This document shows, piece by piece, positions 40,866 through 54,085 of a stretch of DNA of 64,000 bases (the first letter of the stretch is position 1; each line of letters begins with the position of its first letter). Source of the stretch: Nymphaea colorata (Eukaryota); NCBI RefSeq assembly GCF_008831285.2, contig NC_045138.2, forward strand, positions 16,306,001 through 16,370,000. The letters are read 5' to 3'. The translations under genes and the position numbers were made by a program. The notes beneath the pieces are model-generated. The model made no database searches, was not told the DNA's origin, and worked only from the letters and a program-made list of their open reading frames with translations.

Positions 40866-41520
40866 TTAAGCGAAATTAAAATCAGCAGATCCTACTAACA
40901 ACATATGAACTTCATTATACAGAAATTCTTCAGAGATGGCCAATATCCCCATCACGTACGATAAGCAAGGGAATTGAGCAACATCAAAAGAACAATTGGC
41001 CATGGAATCTTGCAGCCAATTCATCCAACCAACATTGTTCGATCTAATCTTCAAGGCAGTGAATAGGTCAGAAACGGCAGATAGCATCCGATTTAGCAGG
41101 ACATTTTCCTCAAGGATTAAATCACTCAAGGAACAATATGTACTACTCATCCCAAATTTGCTGGTGGTCATGCCATAAGATGGCAGCATAACTTTTCTCC
41201 TCCCCACAGCTAGAGAAGAGACAATTTCTATCGTCTCCATGGCTGGAGGTATCCAAATAGGACCGAAAATTTTCAATCCCAGCCATAACTGAAAGGCCAA
41301 ATGAGCATGAGCAGGAGCAGAACATTAATTTATGTTTCAACATAGCTTCTACAGAGGCGTGCCAGACCAATTTATGCACCCGAGAGATGAGTCTGATTCT
41401 TCCAAACTGTAGAGATGATTACAAAAGGTCCAGACCTTCCATAGAACAATATTGAAGCAGACCTGCCAACATGAATTCTTTTAAAAGTTCAGCAACAGGA
41501 AAAGAAAAATATTCCCTATG
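40866..41520 (-). mobile_element. Degenerate LINE ORF2 C-terminal remnant (duplicate at ~61000-61640)
   Basis: Frameshifted LCRSYVET.INVLL...AFQLW and AAILWHDHQQIWDE resemble the CxxC..ET..HL..C..A..LW and lW.IW.ERN motifs. Confidence 0.5.
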
Positions 41521-42693
41521 GGTAAACATGAGTTTCATATGAATGTACTAATTAAAAACATCAATTAAGAAAAATGTAGTAATTCAAGTGACAAATGAAC
41601 TTTGTATTAAGTTCCAAACATCAACCAGTTTATTACAACTTAAGAGAACTCGGTAATTTATAATATTTTTTTCAGCAAATTAAATAAGAATAGCAGAAGA
41701 CAAAAGAACCTAGCACCTTCATTGAGGAAATTTCCTTGGTTGTTGTTATTTTGCTTAATTTCCGGCAAAATCTGCATCCTAGTTCCTTCTCATAACTTTC
41801 TGTTGGTTTTCCAATGTTGTGTATCTATTGAGCGTTTTTTTATTTTAAATATTGTGTTGAGTTTTTTGAAGCAGAATGTCAGATCATCGAAGTACTCCAA
41901 GCCTATGGGATTAAATTGCTGCTTACATTTTCCTTCATATGTTTCTTCAATTGAGTAAGTGAGCATAACATAGTTAACAATATATGACGATGGATTGACG
42001 ATCTTTTAAAACAAAGTCAGAAGCATTGGCGCAGCCAGAAATTTCTGCATGGCTGGTGGGTTCTAACGATTCAAATTTTAGACCGTTAATGGGAACGAAC
42101 ATGTAAGTAGGAAAATGACTGAGGCCTGTGGTCAATTTCCCAAACAAGACTATATCTGCCTCATACACTGGTCAAAAGTACTAAAACATTTCAAACAATT
42201 GAATATTATATGCATGATCTCTCTCAGACACATAATTTAGCAAACAGAAACAAGGCATTCAACTCTTACATTCTAATCTATGTGTTTTCTTGGTAGGGAT
42301 TTGTTGAGAAAATTGCAAACTTTTTCAAGAATTAGTTGGTCATTTCATCACATATTCCACCACATATTTGTATACAAATAAAAACAGTATGAAAAGATAA
42401 TAGATATTGGAAAAATTGTTATTAGTGATGGATCAACTGCATCATGCGAAAATAGATTATTTTCTTAAAACCATTTTAGTTGGATTTCTAGCTACTACAA
42501 CGGATCTTCCCATGTCACATTGGGCATGATCACACGTTTTCTTCTCATAATGACATGGCATACAATATATATCTCAGCTTCAGGAAGCAATTCCTGCATG
42601 AAGTCCCGAAGCAACCCTTTTAATACAATTTGAACGTCGTCGTTCGACATCTCAATGAAGGATCCACGTAAGTAACCTTTTTAATACAACTAA

Positions 42694-43795
42694 GTGGGTG
42701 TTTGGATACTCCTGATGATCCACGGGATTGGTTTCCATTTCATGGTCCCAGCAAAACTGTGGATTTAAGAACCGTGGATTTGAAATCTATGGGCCTCGCT
42801 TGATTGATCCATATGTCAAAGAGAAAAAGGAGAGTGCTGTTTGATCGGTGAAACATACGGATTCCAAGACGTCAAAATCATGAACTCTAGGTACTTTAGA
42901 ATAAGCAAAAGTAATACGCTTAAAACTAAAGCAAAGTGATTTTTAACCTTCAGTTAATATGGCTTCGTACCGAATTAATTAACAACAAACAGACTCTGGT
43001 AGTGAACCTACCTGATTATATATGCCAACAGAACTGCACTTCGATAATATACTTTTAACCGCCAAGTTTTATTTCTTCATATACAAGCATGCCCCCTAGA
43101 TAAAGATCTTGTTGCCCTCAACCGCTGGCTTGTACCAATATAGACAAGTGGTTGCTACTTAATGAAGCTTAGAACTAAGAAGCCACCTAATTTCAGCATA
43201 TAAATATTTGCTCGCACCATGATTAGCAGCTGCTCATGCTAAAAAGAATGTCCGACCTAACCCCAAACAATGTAGTAAAGGTCGTGTACATCATAACTTG
43301 TAGATTTTATCTTGGGATTTGAGACAAAGATTCCTTGTCTGAAATGTTGTGGAAAAGACAAATTCTGGATTGCTAGGAAATTTCCACTTTCAATCTGGAG
43401 TCCCTTAGATCCAAAGAGGGGCGATTTCATGTTCTGCTAGGACAAGATTAAATCTGGCATAATTAAAGTCCCACAGCTTGTGGACTGAGGCCAAGTTGCC
43501 AGATTTCTTCTTGGACCAACCAAGGACTTCATTGTTTGCCCACAAGGATAACCATGGTAAGCACAGGCAATTCATCATGCAGAGAAAATATATCTTATGG
43601 AGTGTTTGGATGCCGCAGATCTCAGAATCACTTTCAGACCCGCCATGAAAGGGCATTCGCTAACAACAGATTTGAAATCCAAGGTGATCTCTTCTCCAGA
43701 CCGCCCTGTCAGACATTAGATCCACGTGGCCAAAGTCGACCGTTTGTTTATAAGTGAGGATTTCATATCAGATCCAAAGGTTACCAAACACACCC
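42694..43795. mobile_element. Non-autonomous PIF/Harbinger (Tourist-like) element; duplicate starts at ~63399
   Basis: TAA|GTGGGTGTTTGGATAC ... GTTACCAAACACACCC|TAA, with a TAA TSD. Confidence 0.7.
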
Positions 43796-46700
43796 TAACA
43801 TTTCATATCATATCATATCCATTTTTTTAGATATTCACGTATTCGGATTCAAATACAATCAAAAAGAAAAAATTGCAAACACTATATATAAAAGGAAAGC
43901 AAAAAACAACAGTTTCTCATGGATTTTCCTTATACTTGTTTGGAAGGAAAAATTGGACGGAAAAACTTCCAACTGCTTTACTCTACAAGTGTTTGGTTGG
44001 TGTAAGAAAAAAGGAAGTTTTGCAATACTGAACGTTTCATGTTCTTGTGTGCGTGACATAGTAAAAGAAGGAAGATGTTTTTTTAATTTAAAAAAACATG
44101 TCCTTTGTAATCATTTTTTTTTCTATTTTATTTTTATCTTATCAAAAAACTTTTTTTAATTTGTCATTAATTATACTGGTGCACTAAATTTCGTACACCA
44201 ACCGGTGGCCAAAAGATGACCAGTTCAATGCGTTATATATATATAATATATGTATATATATATATATATATATAAAATTTGAAAATTACTCTTACTGAGT
44301 TCACATTATAAAGGATCCTCCAAGAACAACAAAAGAAAAGCAAGTTGACAACTTGCTGGGTATAAAAATGACAGCGAGTGATGATCAGTTACCTGTAGTC
44401 GTTTTGTCCTATACTGACAGTATGCCAACCGAGAAGCGTGTAGAAGCAGCAGTGTTTGCATCGACAGCATCACAGGCCGAGCCAGGGGTGGAGCCAGGAA
44501 TTTCTTTAAGAGCGGGCCGACAGTCCAACCTCTTGATTTTGATAGGGCCAAATTGAATTCAAATCCAAAAAATACATTATGCAATTAAAAAATTATATTT
44601 TTTTCAATATATTTTTTTTTCATTGACCAGAATGTACTTAAAAAAGTTTTACAATCAACACCAGAATGTACTTAAAAAAGTTTTACAATGTTGATGCCAA
44701 AATGATGCAATGAACACTTGTTTTATTTCTGACGTCGATGTGACTTGTGACCAAAATGAAGCGTTGTCTTCATCGTAAAGCATGGTGCTAGCTCGGATTT
44801 TTTCCTTCATTTTTCCTTTTACAGACAAGGAAACAAATTAAGTTAATTGTACAATGTTGTCAATGGAAGAAGAGATATTCTAATAAGTAGTCAATGTGAT
44901 TGTGTATAAAAATAAAGTAGAGAATTTCTCATTCGAGCAACTTGCTAGCTCTGGAGTTATTATTGTACCGGGTTCTTCGAGAAGTAGGCCATGGCAGCCC
45001 AGAAGAGGTTCATACGACTGGGCCCTCACAGAGTTGGTGGAGTCTCCTAGTCTAATTCAAATTGACGCTTTTCTTTGGGAGGCAGCCTAAGAAACAGGCA
45101 ACCGCCAAACTAATTAATGTTACTTAGCCATATTGCCTCCCATAGCTTATCGTATATTTACATATTCAGATTTAAATTTGGAGTCAAATACAAATAAAGA
45201 AAAAATTCATATGTGAATCTGAATCCAAAATCAGATTTCATGATCTGATTCAGATCCGATTTCTATATTCATACTCAAATCCAAATCCAAATTTTGCCAA
45301 AATTTTCAAAATGTAAGACCACTAAATATAAGATATTTGTCTAAAAATAAATCTCATCCAAATTAATATCTGAGTCAGATTTGACATTTATGTATATCTG
45401 ACTTTGAATCCCATTGACTCCAAATTTGAATCCGATCGAATGTCCTGCATTAAACCTAAATCCGATCCAATTTATGAAATGAGATATCAAAAGTTTTGTC
45501 ATATCTCAGATCAATTGAGCTGGATATCTGATTTGAAATCAGATACATTGACATTTCTATTAATTATGAAAATGCTTTCGATTAACCAAAAAAAAAAAAA
45601 AGCTTTTTATAGCGACATATAAGAAAATTAAAAAATAAAAAATTATATATTTTTAAATAATACTTACCAAAACATCGGCAAAAAGTATAAGGGTCTCGCA
45701 CCCAAAGAAAGGGTCTTTCATTTCGTCGAGTGTCAGCGTCGATGGAAAGGGAAACGCGTTGAGGGACAAAAGAACAAAATGTGTACTATTTGGTGACCTG
45801 TAATATTCTTCACCTGCCAAACTTGAAAAAGCTGAGTTTGACTCGGTTAAGTTTACTTGCCAGTACTTTCCTCCCCCTTCTCGGAAGAAGCTTTTCATAT
45901 AAGTGGGCGCTCATCCCATGCTCCTACGAGCCTCTCTATCCAGGAAGCTCGCCTCGCCTTGAATGTTCGTGGACCTTTCCATGACCATTCAGGGTTATAT
46001 GATTATATGTTCTGTTAAGTGAGAAATTAAGCAGCGGTGGAGCGATAAGTTTTTTTTTTTTTTTTTTTTTTTTTTGTTGAATGTACTAGTAATAAATATT
46101 AAATTCTTAAGAAACATCAATGTTTAAATAAAAAAAATTATCTTAAAATGTTAATATAAAAAAATAAGTATCTTTTGTAATTTTACGTGAACAATTGCCC
46201 TCTGTCCTTATAATTAATATAAGCCTTTAAACACATGAAAATAGAGGCTCAACCTACAAATGTAGGGATAAAAATAGAAAATGATAAATGATTTTCCCAT
46301 GTTATCGTAGCCTCTGGGAGGTGAGGCACAGGCTAAGAACCATGGCTCGAACACACACCCGAGACTATTTTTCTCGTGGACTCCCTTTTAGTGGGTTGCA
46401 GTGGAGCAGCCGTTTGATAATAGGAACACTCTGTCGGTATTGTTTCATGAATTTGTCCGACATATTTATAGATTGCTAAATGTTATTAAAAGGGCTGTTT
46501 GGCGGCAGTAACATATCAAAGTTGATGTCTTTGAATGTACCTCAAAAATGGTGTGAATTTATAAAACACTACTACAAGTGAATCTACTCAAACGATTCGG
46601 GAGGTACGTAAACACTAGTCTTAATTTTTGTGCCTGTGTTTGTTTTGAGGTTTTAATGTGACAGGTTCATCTTTATATCAATAATCCTATTATTGAATTA

Positions 46701-47075
46701 AGGAGCCCGAATGTAACTCTGGACACTATGAAGTTTAAGAACGTGGTGATGGAGATGGAAAGGCTGGAACTCTCGCTCCAATGGTGCAGGCTCACCTAAA
46801 GAGTGTCATATTCTTTCTCAAAAATAGCCGCAGTCACGGGTCAAGGGTCCAAGTATGCAGAGACAAGACATGAAGAAACGAAAAGTAATAAAACTAAGAC
46901 CCTTGTCAGTAGAAGTCTATAATTTATAATTTGCATATTTTTCAATTTTTTAAATTCCTCAGCCAGGCTTTGAACAATTGAACGGAACAAACAAAACGTG
47001 AGGTAATTACATCTTGGTTGGGGATCACAAGACACGACGAAAAAATAAGCTTTCTCTCCCTCTCTTCTCTTCCTC

Positions 47076-47083
47076 TATATAAA
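47076..47083 (+). promoter_or_regulatory. TATA box of BAHD-3
   Basis: TTCCTCTATATAAACA about 110 bp upstream of ATG 47189, preceded by a CT-rich tract. Confidence 0.75.
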
Positions 47084-47188
47084 CACCAAGAATCTCCAAT
47101 CTTCTCCACCCTCAGTTCTTGAGTCCATCTCTTACCATCTCCTGCACCCAACTCGTAGCTCATCACCTGCATTCTTCTTTCTAAGAAA

Positions 47189-48493
47189 ATGAAGATCAAG
47201 AGGGAGAGCTATAGGCTCATAAAGCCAGACTACGGAGACGCCACCCCGCCTCCCACAGACCTCTGCCTTCCTCTTACTCCCTTCGACACAGTGACCTACG
47301 AAGGCCACATCGCCGTGATATACGCCTACAGACCTCCCAACCCCACGAACAAGGCCATCGAAGAAGGCCTGAGGAGGACTCTCGCCGAGTACAGGGAATG
47401 GGCCGGCCGGTTCGTGGAGGACAAAGACGGCCGCCGGTGCATCCTCTTCAACGACGCCGGGATGAGGTTCGTGGAGGCCTCCTGCGACTACCCATTGGGC
47501 TACATGGACAGACCCTCCCCAGAGTACCTGGAGTTGCATCCGCCGCTCGAGGGAGTGCAGGAGTTGGCCCAGGTGCAGCTCACCCGCTTCTCCTGCGGCT
47601 CCCTCGTTGTGGGCTTCACCAGCCAACACATGGTGGCGGATGGCCTCGCAACCAGCAATTTTCTCGTCGCCTGGGGCCGCGCCGCCCGCGGCCTCCCCGT
47701 CCAGCCGCTCCCCTTCCGCGACCCGGCCTTGTTTGTCCCCCGGAATCCTCCAAACTTCCGATTCGAGCACCGCGGCGTCGAGTACACCGACAAATTACGA
47801 ACCGACATTTCCGGCGTCAGCTCGACCCTTATAGAAACGATTAAAGTCCACAAAGCCCACTTCTCCTCCGATTTTCTGCTCAAACTCAAGGCCAGGGCCT
47901 CCGCCAACAGCGGCATGAGAAAGCCCTACACGACGTTCGACAGCCTCATTGCTCATCTCTGGCGGCAGATCACTCGGGCCCGCGCTCTCCATCCGGCAGA
48001 CACCACCGAGATGCGAATAGCCGTCAACGGGCGGGGGAGGATGACCAACCCCCGCGTGCCCTTGGAGTACTTCGGCAACCTCGTGCTGTGGGCGGTGCCC
48101 CGAGCCAAGGCCTGCGACCTGGTTCGCCAACCGCTGAGCCATGCGGCTAGGCTCATACACGACGCGGTTTCCCGGGTAAACGACGACTACTTCCGGTCGT
48201 TCATCGACTACTCGAGCTCGAAGGAGAAGATGGAGGGGCTGATGCCCACCGGAAACGTTACCAGCAGGGCTCTGTGCCCCAACTTGGAGGTCTACAGCTG
48301 GTTGAGGTTCCCTTTCTACGACTTGGATTTTGGCGGCGGGTGTCCTCACATGTTCACCCCATCTTATTTTCCGGACGAGGGCTCGCTCTTCCTGGTTCCT
48401 TCGTTCTCCGGTAACGGAGACATCGACGCCTTCGTAGGCCTGTTCGAGAAGGATATTCAAACGTTCGAAGACCTCTGCTATTCACTAGAGTAA
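47189..48493 (+). CDS. BAHD acyltransferase, clade IV, divergent paralog, 434 aa, intronless (BAHD-3)
   Basis: HMVAD, VLWAVP, DFGGG; EVDSW changed to EVYSW. Confidence 0.96.
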   Translation: MKIKRESYRLIKPDYGDATPPPTDLCLPLTPFDTVTYEGHIAVIYAYRPPNPTNKAIEEGLRRTLAEYREWAGRFVEDKDGRRCILFNDAGMRFVEASCDYPLGYMDRPSPEYLELHPPLEGVQELAQVQLTRFSCGSLVVGFTSQHMVADGLATSNFLVAWGRAARGLPVQPLPFRDPALFVPRNPPNFRFEHRGVEYTDKLRTDISGVSSTLIETIKVHKAHFSSDFLLKLKARASANSGMRKPYTTFDSLIAHLWRQITRARALHPADTTEMRIAVNGRGRMTNPRVPLEYFGNLVLWAVPRAKACDLVRQPLSHAARLIHDAVSRVNDDYFRSFIDYSSSKEKMEGLMPTGNVTSRALCPNLEVYSWLRFPFYDLDFGGGCPHMFTPSYFPDEGSLFLVPSFSGNGDIDAFVGLFEKDIQTFEDLCYSLE

Positions 48494-49605
48494 GAATTGA
48501 TCGGGGCTTTCTCCTAGAACCAGATCCTTCAATATCTTTCAACTGTAGACAAAGTGTTGGTTGTAACAACGTATGAATGAATAATAACAAATACCATGCT
48601 ACCTTTTGCTGATGAAAGGCGCATATGCAGTAATTAACTTAATTTTGCAATCTTGTTTGAATACAAGAAAGAGAAGACGACATATCAGTAACACAAATAA
48701 TGATATAATCATCCTGCTCGATCGAAAGCAGCACGATAAGCAAAACTAATCAGAGATCTCAAATCCCCTTCAGCCTACTTCAATCATCTCAACATCTATA
48801 CGAGAGTGATTAAGCGGAGGTATATATGCGCAACATTCGCTAAAGTTCTGATGGATTTGGAACTATTTATTTTCGAACAGCTTTTACGCGGGAGTAAGCT
48901 AGAAGTTGTGTCATTAACAAAATTTTATGCAGGAAACAATATCATAAACGTCGCTTCGTTAGAAGTTGTGTTTCAAGGGGACCCAGGAAGGGGCCAGGGT
49001 TACGATTGGCCACTTGTTTGGAGGACTACATGTGCAAAGACGGCATTTATTTAAAAGATTGCACCAATGTCTAGGGGCTTAGCATGGAAACTGAAAAGAT
49101 TGCGCCAAAATCTAGGGGCCGCAGCTACAGCTTTTTTTTGTCTTAAAGAGACGAGACCGACGAGTTAGTAATAAGCGGCCGGCCGGCCAAGTAATCGGTA
49201 GAAAGTCCAATATACTTTTTAGAAATTAAAAATTAGCTGAAATTCAAATTAAAAATTAAATAAAAAGTAAAAAAATATAAAAAACATTTTTTTAATAAAT
49301 TACCAAAATATCTTTCTCTCCTTGGCTATATGGTGCGCCTGAAACACACAACTTTTTCTTGTGGCTATCTCGGCCCTAAAATAGGTGATTTTCATTTTTA
49401 ACCATATTAAAAAATTGACTGATAATGAAATGTATCTGATCCATTTATTTTTCTAACTCGCCCTGATATGTCCCAAACAGTTTTAAAAGTGAATTTGTGG
49501 GGACAAGGTCAGCTAAGAGAACTAGTCAATATCAGCCAGCCGTGGTAATATGCGTGTGATGCACGGTGCACAGCCCATGGTATATGACATGTGTTCAGCT
49601 TTAAA

Positions 49606-50065
49606 TGTCGGTGACGATTAATTTTTGTCGGTGCCCAAAACAAGAGGTCAGTGAAAACATCATTCACGGATGTGTAGCATTAAGATGTCGTTGAAGTTAA
49701 GCTTTTACCAATGTCTAGCTTAAAAATGTCGATAAACATGTCACTTTTTACGGACGTTCGGAAAAAGACATCGGTAAAAAGTAATCTTTTGCGATGCAGG
49801 TGGTTAGGATGTTATTGAAGTTGAGCTTTTACCAACATTCAACTCGACGTTCAAAACAAAATGTTGGTAAAAGCCTTTTATCAATGTCTACTTTGTAGAC
49901 GTCGATAAACAAAAAAAAAAGTTAGCTTATTAGCACGTGGTCATGCTCGCATTGTTAAACTTGCTTTCACCGACACACATGGAACATTGGAAAAAGTTAC
50001 ACCAAAAACTTTTACCAAATGATTTTAAGTAGAGCCTTTACCGATGCATCCCACATGTCGATAAA
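49606..50065. mobile_element. CACTA/EnSpm-like subterminal repeat field
   Basis: More than 12 direct and inverted copies of TTTACCGACA / TGTCGGTAAA variants (TGTCGGTGAC, TGTCGATAAA, CATCGGTAAA, TTTCACCGACA, TTTACCGATG). No intact CACTA TIR found. Confidence 0.7.
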
Positions 50066-50636
50066 GGCTTCCTCGACTCTATACATACGCCGCCCCTTTC
50101 CTCCTTTATTCTTCTTCCCTCTTTTCCTTTCTCCTCTCTCTTCTTCCAACCCAGCTTTTACCAAAGTTTTTGGGCGATTGCATGTGTTTTTCATCCATTT
50201 TAGAGGTCTAAATAATGAAAATGATAGGTTGCTCGAACTTAATGTTAAGTTTTTCCTTTTTCTATTTGTAAATGATTTTTGGTTATGATATTGTTTCAGG
50301 GTAATGATTATTTAAACATGCGGTGGTTGCTCTATTCCATTAGGTTCATGTTCTTTTTTCTCCATTAGGTAATGCATCTCCCTCCCACCTACATGGATCA
50401 ACATAAGAAAGTTATAGAAATCATAAACGTTTAATTGTTGTGTGGTTGAGAAGGGGAAGTTCATCCCAATAGGCAATGTCGTTTTCAAGAAGTTGATAAA
50501 GTTTTTATCCTCATAATAACATTACCTTCAAAAGAAAGCTAGCAGACACTTCCAGGAATAGCTTAATTGTATATAGACTAACATGGTATATCAAGCCAGA
50601 TCTTTTACTTAGAATCACAAAATTGTTTCTATACAG

Positions 50637-51193
50637 TACGAGGGACTTGCATTCTTGGATAAGAGCAACCATGATGAAAATGCGGATGATATCCTTTTCA
50701 AGGTAAAGATAGGTTACCCTATGGCAGAACTGGAGGGAAATTTCAACATCTTCCAGACAGGAGCTTGTGATCAGGTTGTTCCCCATTTGTCTATCTGGAA
50801 CAGATAAAACGAGAAAAGACGTATTGAAATAATATGTAAAATTTAAAATTAGCTTTTCAAAACACAGTTTATTCAGGACTTGGATTGCCAAAACCTTAAA
50901 CCCCAATACCCCCTCCCCCCTAGCTCTTCTGTATCCAGCGCTTCCGGGAACGAATCTCTCCACCTATGGGTGACGAAGGGTGACGCAGATTCTAAAGCGG
51001 CTGATTCTAGCACACCAGAAACCCTCACAGTTGGATAGAAGAGCTAGGGGAAGCCTTTTGAACTAAGTTGGTCAAGGGTTCATTAAGATGTCGATAATCA
51101 TGATCTAAACCTTAAACCCCAATATCCCCTTTCTTTATACACTGCCTGAATTTTTCGGTCAGAATCTCAACAGTAATGTCCTACTAAAGTCTG

Positions 51194-51237
<44 letters not shown>

Positions 51238-53010
51238 CTTTCGGTTGACCATTGGCAAGAAAGGAAAGTCGGTTTGTTTCTCTTTGGTAATCAGACTAGT
51301 GGATTTGGTTATGCCAAGAGGTGTATCCCAGTTATTGAACCCTTGACCTTCTTCAACTTGAAGGTCTTAATTCCAACTTGAAGGACATTTTGGCAAGCCA
51401 AGACTATTTGCCAACTAGCCATGTGATGGCTGCAAGTGGAAAATGATGCCTTTTGGCACTGTAAGCCAGGAATTTCAGAGTCCTTAACCAACTTAGATTT
51501 TTCCCATATTTCTTGGTGCAGAAAACCCAATTTTGCATTTAATATGTGGAAACAATGAACAAACAATGTCCTGAAGAGAATCTAACTGCATAACAGGCAC
51601 AATCCAGTAAACTGTCTAATATAAATAATATTTGCATGTCTTTCGTTTCCAATTCCTTTTTTCTGATTTTGAATGCATTTTGTGAATGAAAAAGGCATGG
51701 GGAATCTTAGGGACTGTTTGGAGATAATTACATAGTGCTCATGTCTCATCAATCTGCAGATTTTCATAGGGCGGTAACAGTGTGTTGCTGTTGCTAATCA
51801 GCCTCTTAGGGCCTCGTATCATGATTAACCTTTCTTTGTCCTTATCCATGCATGCACAAAATATCTTTGCTTTTCAGCATCTCTATGTAATAGTTTGTGT
51901 TTTCCTGCAAGTCATAAAAACTTTTTCGATTGATGAACAGGACAGGTTGCTGGTGACTTATGGTAACAGTGTCAATGTAGCTGAAGGTTCATTGTCCCGT
52001 GCTTTTGTAAAAAACTGTTGACTAAAGGTCAAAGATGCCGACTCGACCTTTTTTCCTGATCTGATCATATATTTGAACTTTTGACCTCCAGAACTTGAAA
52101 ACGTTCGATCCTTTTTTAGTTTTCTAAACTTACCATGGACATGGAGGTTTAGGACAATGTTAGGTTCACTTTGTTGAGAGATTTGGTACGTAGTTCTTTG
52201 AATAGTTTTAATCCTTATGCAGAAAGAATTTTCAAATATCAATTTTCTTCTCCCACTCAGGTTCTAATGTGGAAATTTTTGGAGTGAAGGAACATTTGCT
52301 TCAGTCTGGGATTTTGGTGGCCCAAGGAAGCACGATGTTCCACTTAAGCTATCTATGCCGGCGACTCTTAACTTCATTATCTTCCCCTGTTTTTGGCAGT
52401 TGGCTGCTTGTTATATATGATGAAGTAAATTCATTCTATAGCGCAAAACAACTTGCCAATATTGAAAATGCAACTATAATTGCACTTCTTCATCGTCAAA
52501 GTTCATTTGTATTGTAAAAATGAGATACAGGCACACTGTCAAGTAGTTCAAAAGTCTTTGTTTTGGAGAATCTGTAATTTTTCTTCTTACCGCAAATAAT
52601 AATCGTCCAATCAATAGATCTCTTTAATCCAATTCGTGTTTTGTGAGCTGTTTAACGTTAGTGCATCAGAGTCACAATTTCAATTTGTTCGTTTCTGTTT
52701 TTTTGGATCAAATTTTCATATGCGTGTTTCAGGTGCAGCTTAAAGATGCAGCGGATTTAGTTAGCCATGAAAAAATGCCATCGGCAGAGCCATAAGCCAT
52801 ATACCAGGTCATCAACATTGCGTTGCGTTTTTACGTTTGAAATTTCCAATAAAATGTTAGACCACAAGTTCTTGTTTTCCATCAAAATTAGGGCGACCCT
52901 TTTCTAGTTCCTCAGCAATTTTCACGTCGACACAGCCATGGACGATGCTTCCAAGTTATACTCAGAGATGGAAAAAATTGAAAACAGTCGGCTACTTCTG
53001 AGATTTGATG
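50637..53010 (+). pseudogene. Unidentified multi-exon gene fragment; exons 50637-50702, 51295-51363, 51911-51986, 52261-~52348, 52733-52807, 52908-53010
   Basis: Mostly AG/GT-bounded, phase-compatible exons: YEGLAFLDKSNHDENADDILFK | TSGFGYAKRCIPVIEPLTFFNLK | VIKTFSIDEQDRLLVTYGNSVNVAE | GSNVEIF... | VQLKDAADLVSHEKMPSAEP*AIYQ | FLSNFHVDTAMDDASKLYSEMEKIENSRLLLRFD. One acceptor reads CAA, there is one in-frame stop, and the end and frame of exon 4 are uncertain. Confidence 0.5.
51196..51234. repeat. (CT)n microsatellite
   Basis: Run of TC dinucleotides. Confidence 0.9.
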
Positions 53011-54085
53011 GTCTTTTTTTCAATTTATTTTACGCACTAAAGACTTTCACAAAAGGTGTATGTCGACTCTAAAAATAGTAGTCAATTACACAGTGGTTAT
53101 ATCTGAGATAGCTTATGGACAGTAGGGCTTCCCCTGGGTCTTTTCCTCTTCATCCATAGTCGGTGGGCGGCCTAGCGCGGCTGCCAGCCGGAGACAGGCT
53201 ATCTCAGATCTCTACGTCAAAAATCGGCCGGCGGTTTTGAGCCCTCCGTTGCACCGACAAAAAAATAGATGGCTTCAGGGGAGTGTCTGTCTGTCTCCGT
53301 TCCGCTTGATCTCAATCTGATGTTGGTTTTAGCCACCGGTTTTTACGACCTTGGGCGAGCAACAGAGTCACTTGATTCTAGTGCTCGCAGAAACTTTAGT
53401 TCTTGTCTGTCCTGCAATCCTCCAAACACATCTTTTCCGGCACTCTGCTGCTCTCTAGGATTCTCATCACTTAGATCAGACTCTTTCTTAAACGTAAAAC
53501 CGCCAAAGCTTGTGGATCTCAAGGCAGATTGTAACTCTTAACTCCAACGCAATGCATCAGGTTGTGTGTGTGAGAAACTTAACCATATGTGTGTGTATAT
53601 ATATATATATATATTCAGGTCATCCGGATGTCTGTCAAATCACTCGATGCCGTGATTCGGTTGGTGTGATTAAACAAAGCAAGAATAGTTTAACAAAAGA
53701 TTTAGAAAGGATTCATCCACGCACTTACTTGATCTTACCCTGCTTCAGCTTGTAGTTCACCAACTTGGCCATGTGTTTCATGTGATGCCAAGCATAAGTT
53801 TCCATCGAAACAGCCAAGTCCACTTCATATATGGGCCGTTTGATATATACAATCTGAACACATGCAAGGGTGGACCCTGCCGGGGCCGCAGTGATATTTA
53901 GCCGCCACGTGCACGACATAGCTAAGTTCGAGCGACCCCGACCACCCCCCGCCAAAACCCACCCGGTCCCATGAGACGAGCCCAGTGGGCCAAAGTGGGC
54001 TCCATGTAATGGAGGGGCGGGGTCGAACTCGATGCACCATCATAAAAGGACTCTGCCTTTATAAGTAAAAGGATGCAAAGATCAA

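Larger units (their letters stand above)
35639..43290 (+). repeat. Segmental duplication copy 1 (homologous to 54086-64000)
   Basis: Collinear from ACTTCAGGTCCTTCATCG (35639/54086) to CTAACCCCAAA..ATGTAGTAAAGGT (~43260-43282 / ~63970-63996), with copy-specific indels. Confidence 0.95.

Noticed and set aside
4634..48460. Long antisense or alternate-frame ORFs overlapping the BAHD genes (e.g. 35023-35817, 47132-47770, 47795-48460)
   Set aside because: Expected shadow ORFs of GC3-rich coding sequence.
50511..50963. 150-aa minus-strand ORF
   Set aside because: No recognisable domain; it overlaps a better-formed plus-strand exon (50637-50702).
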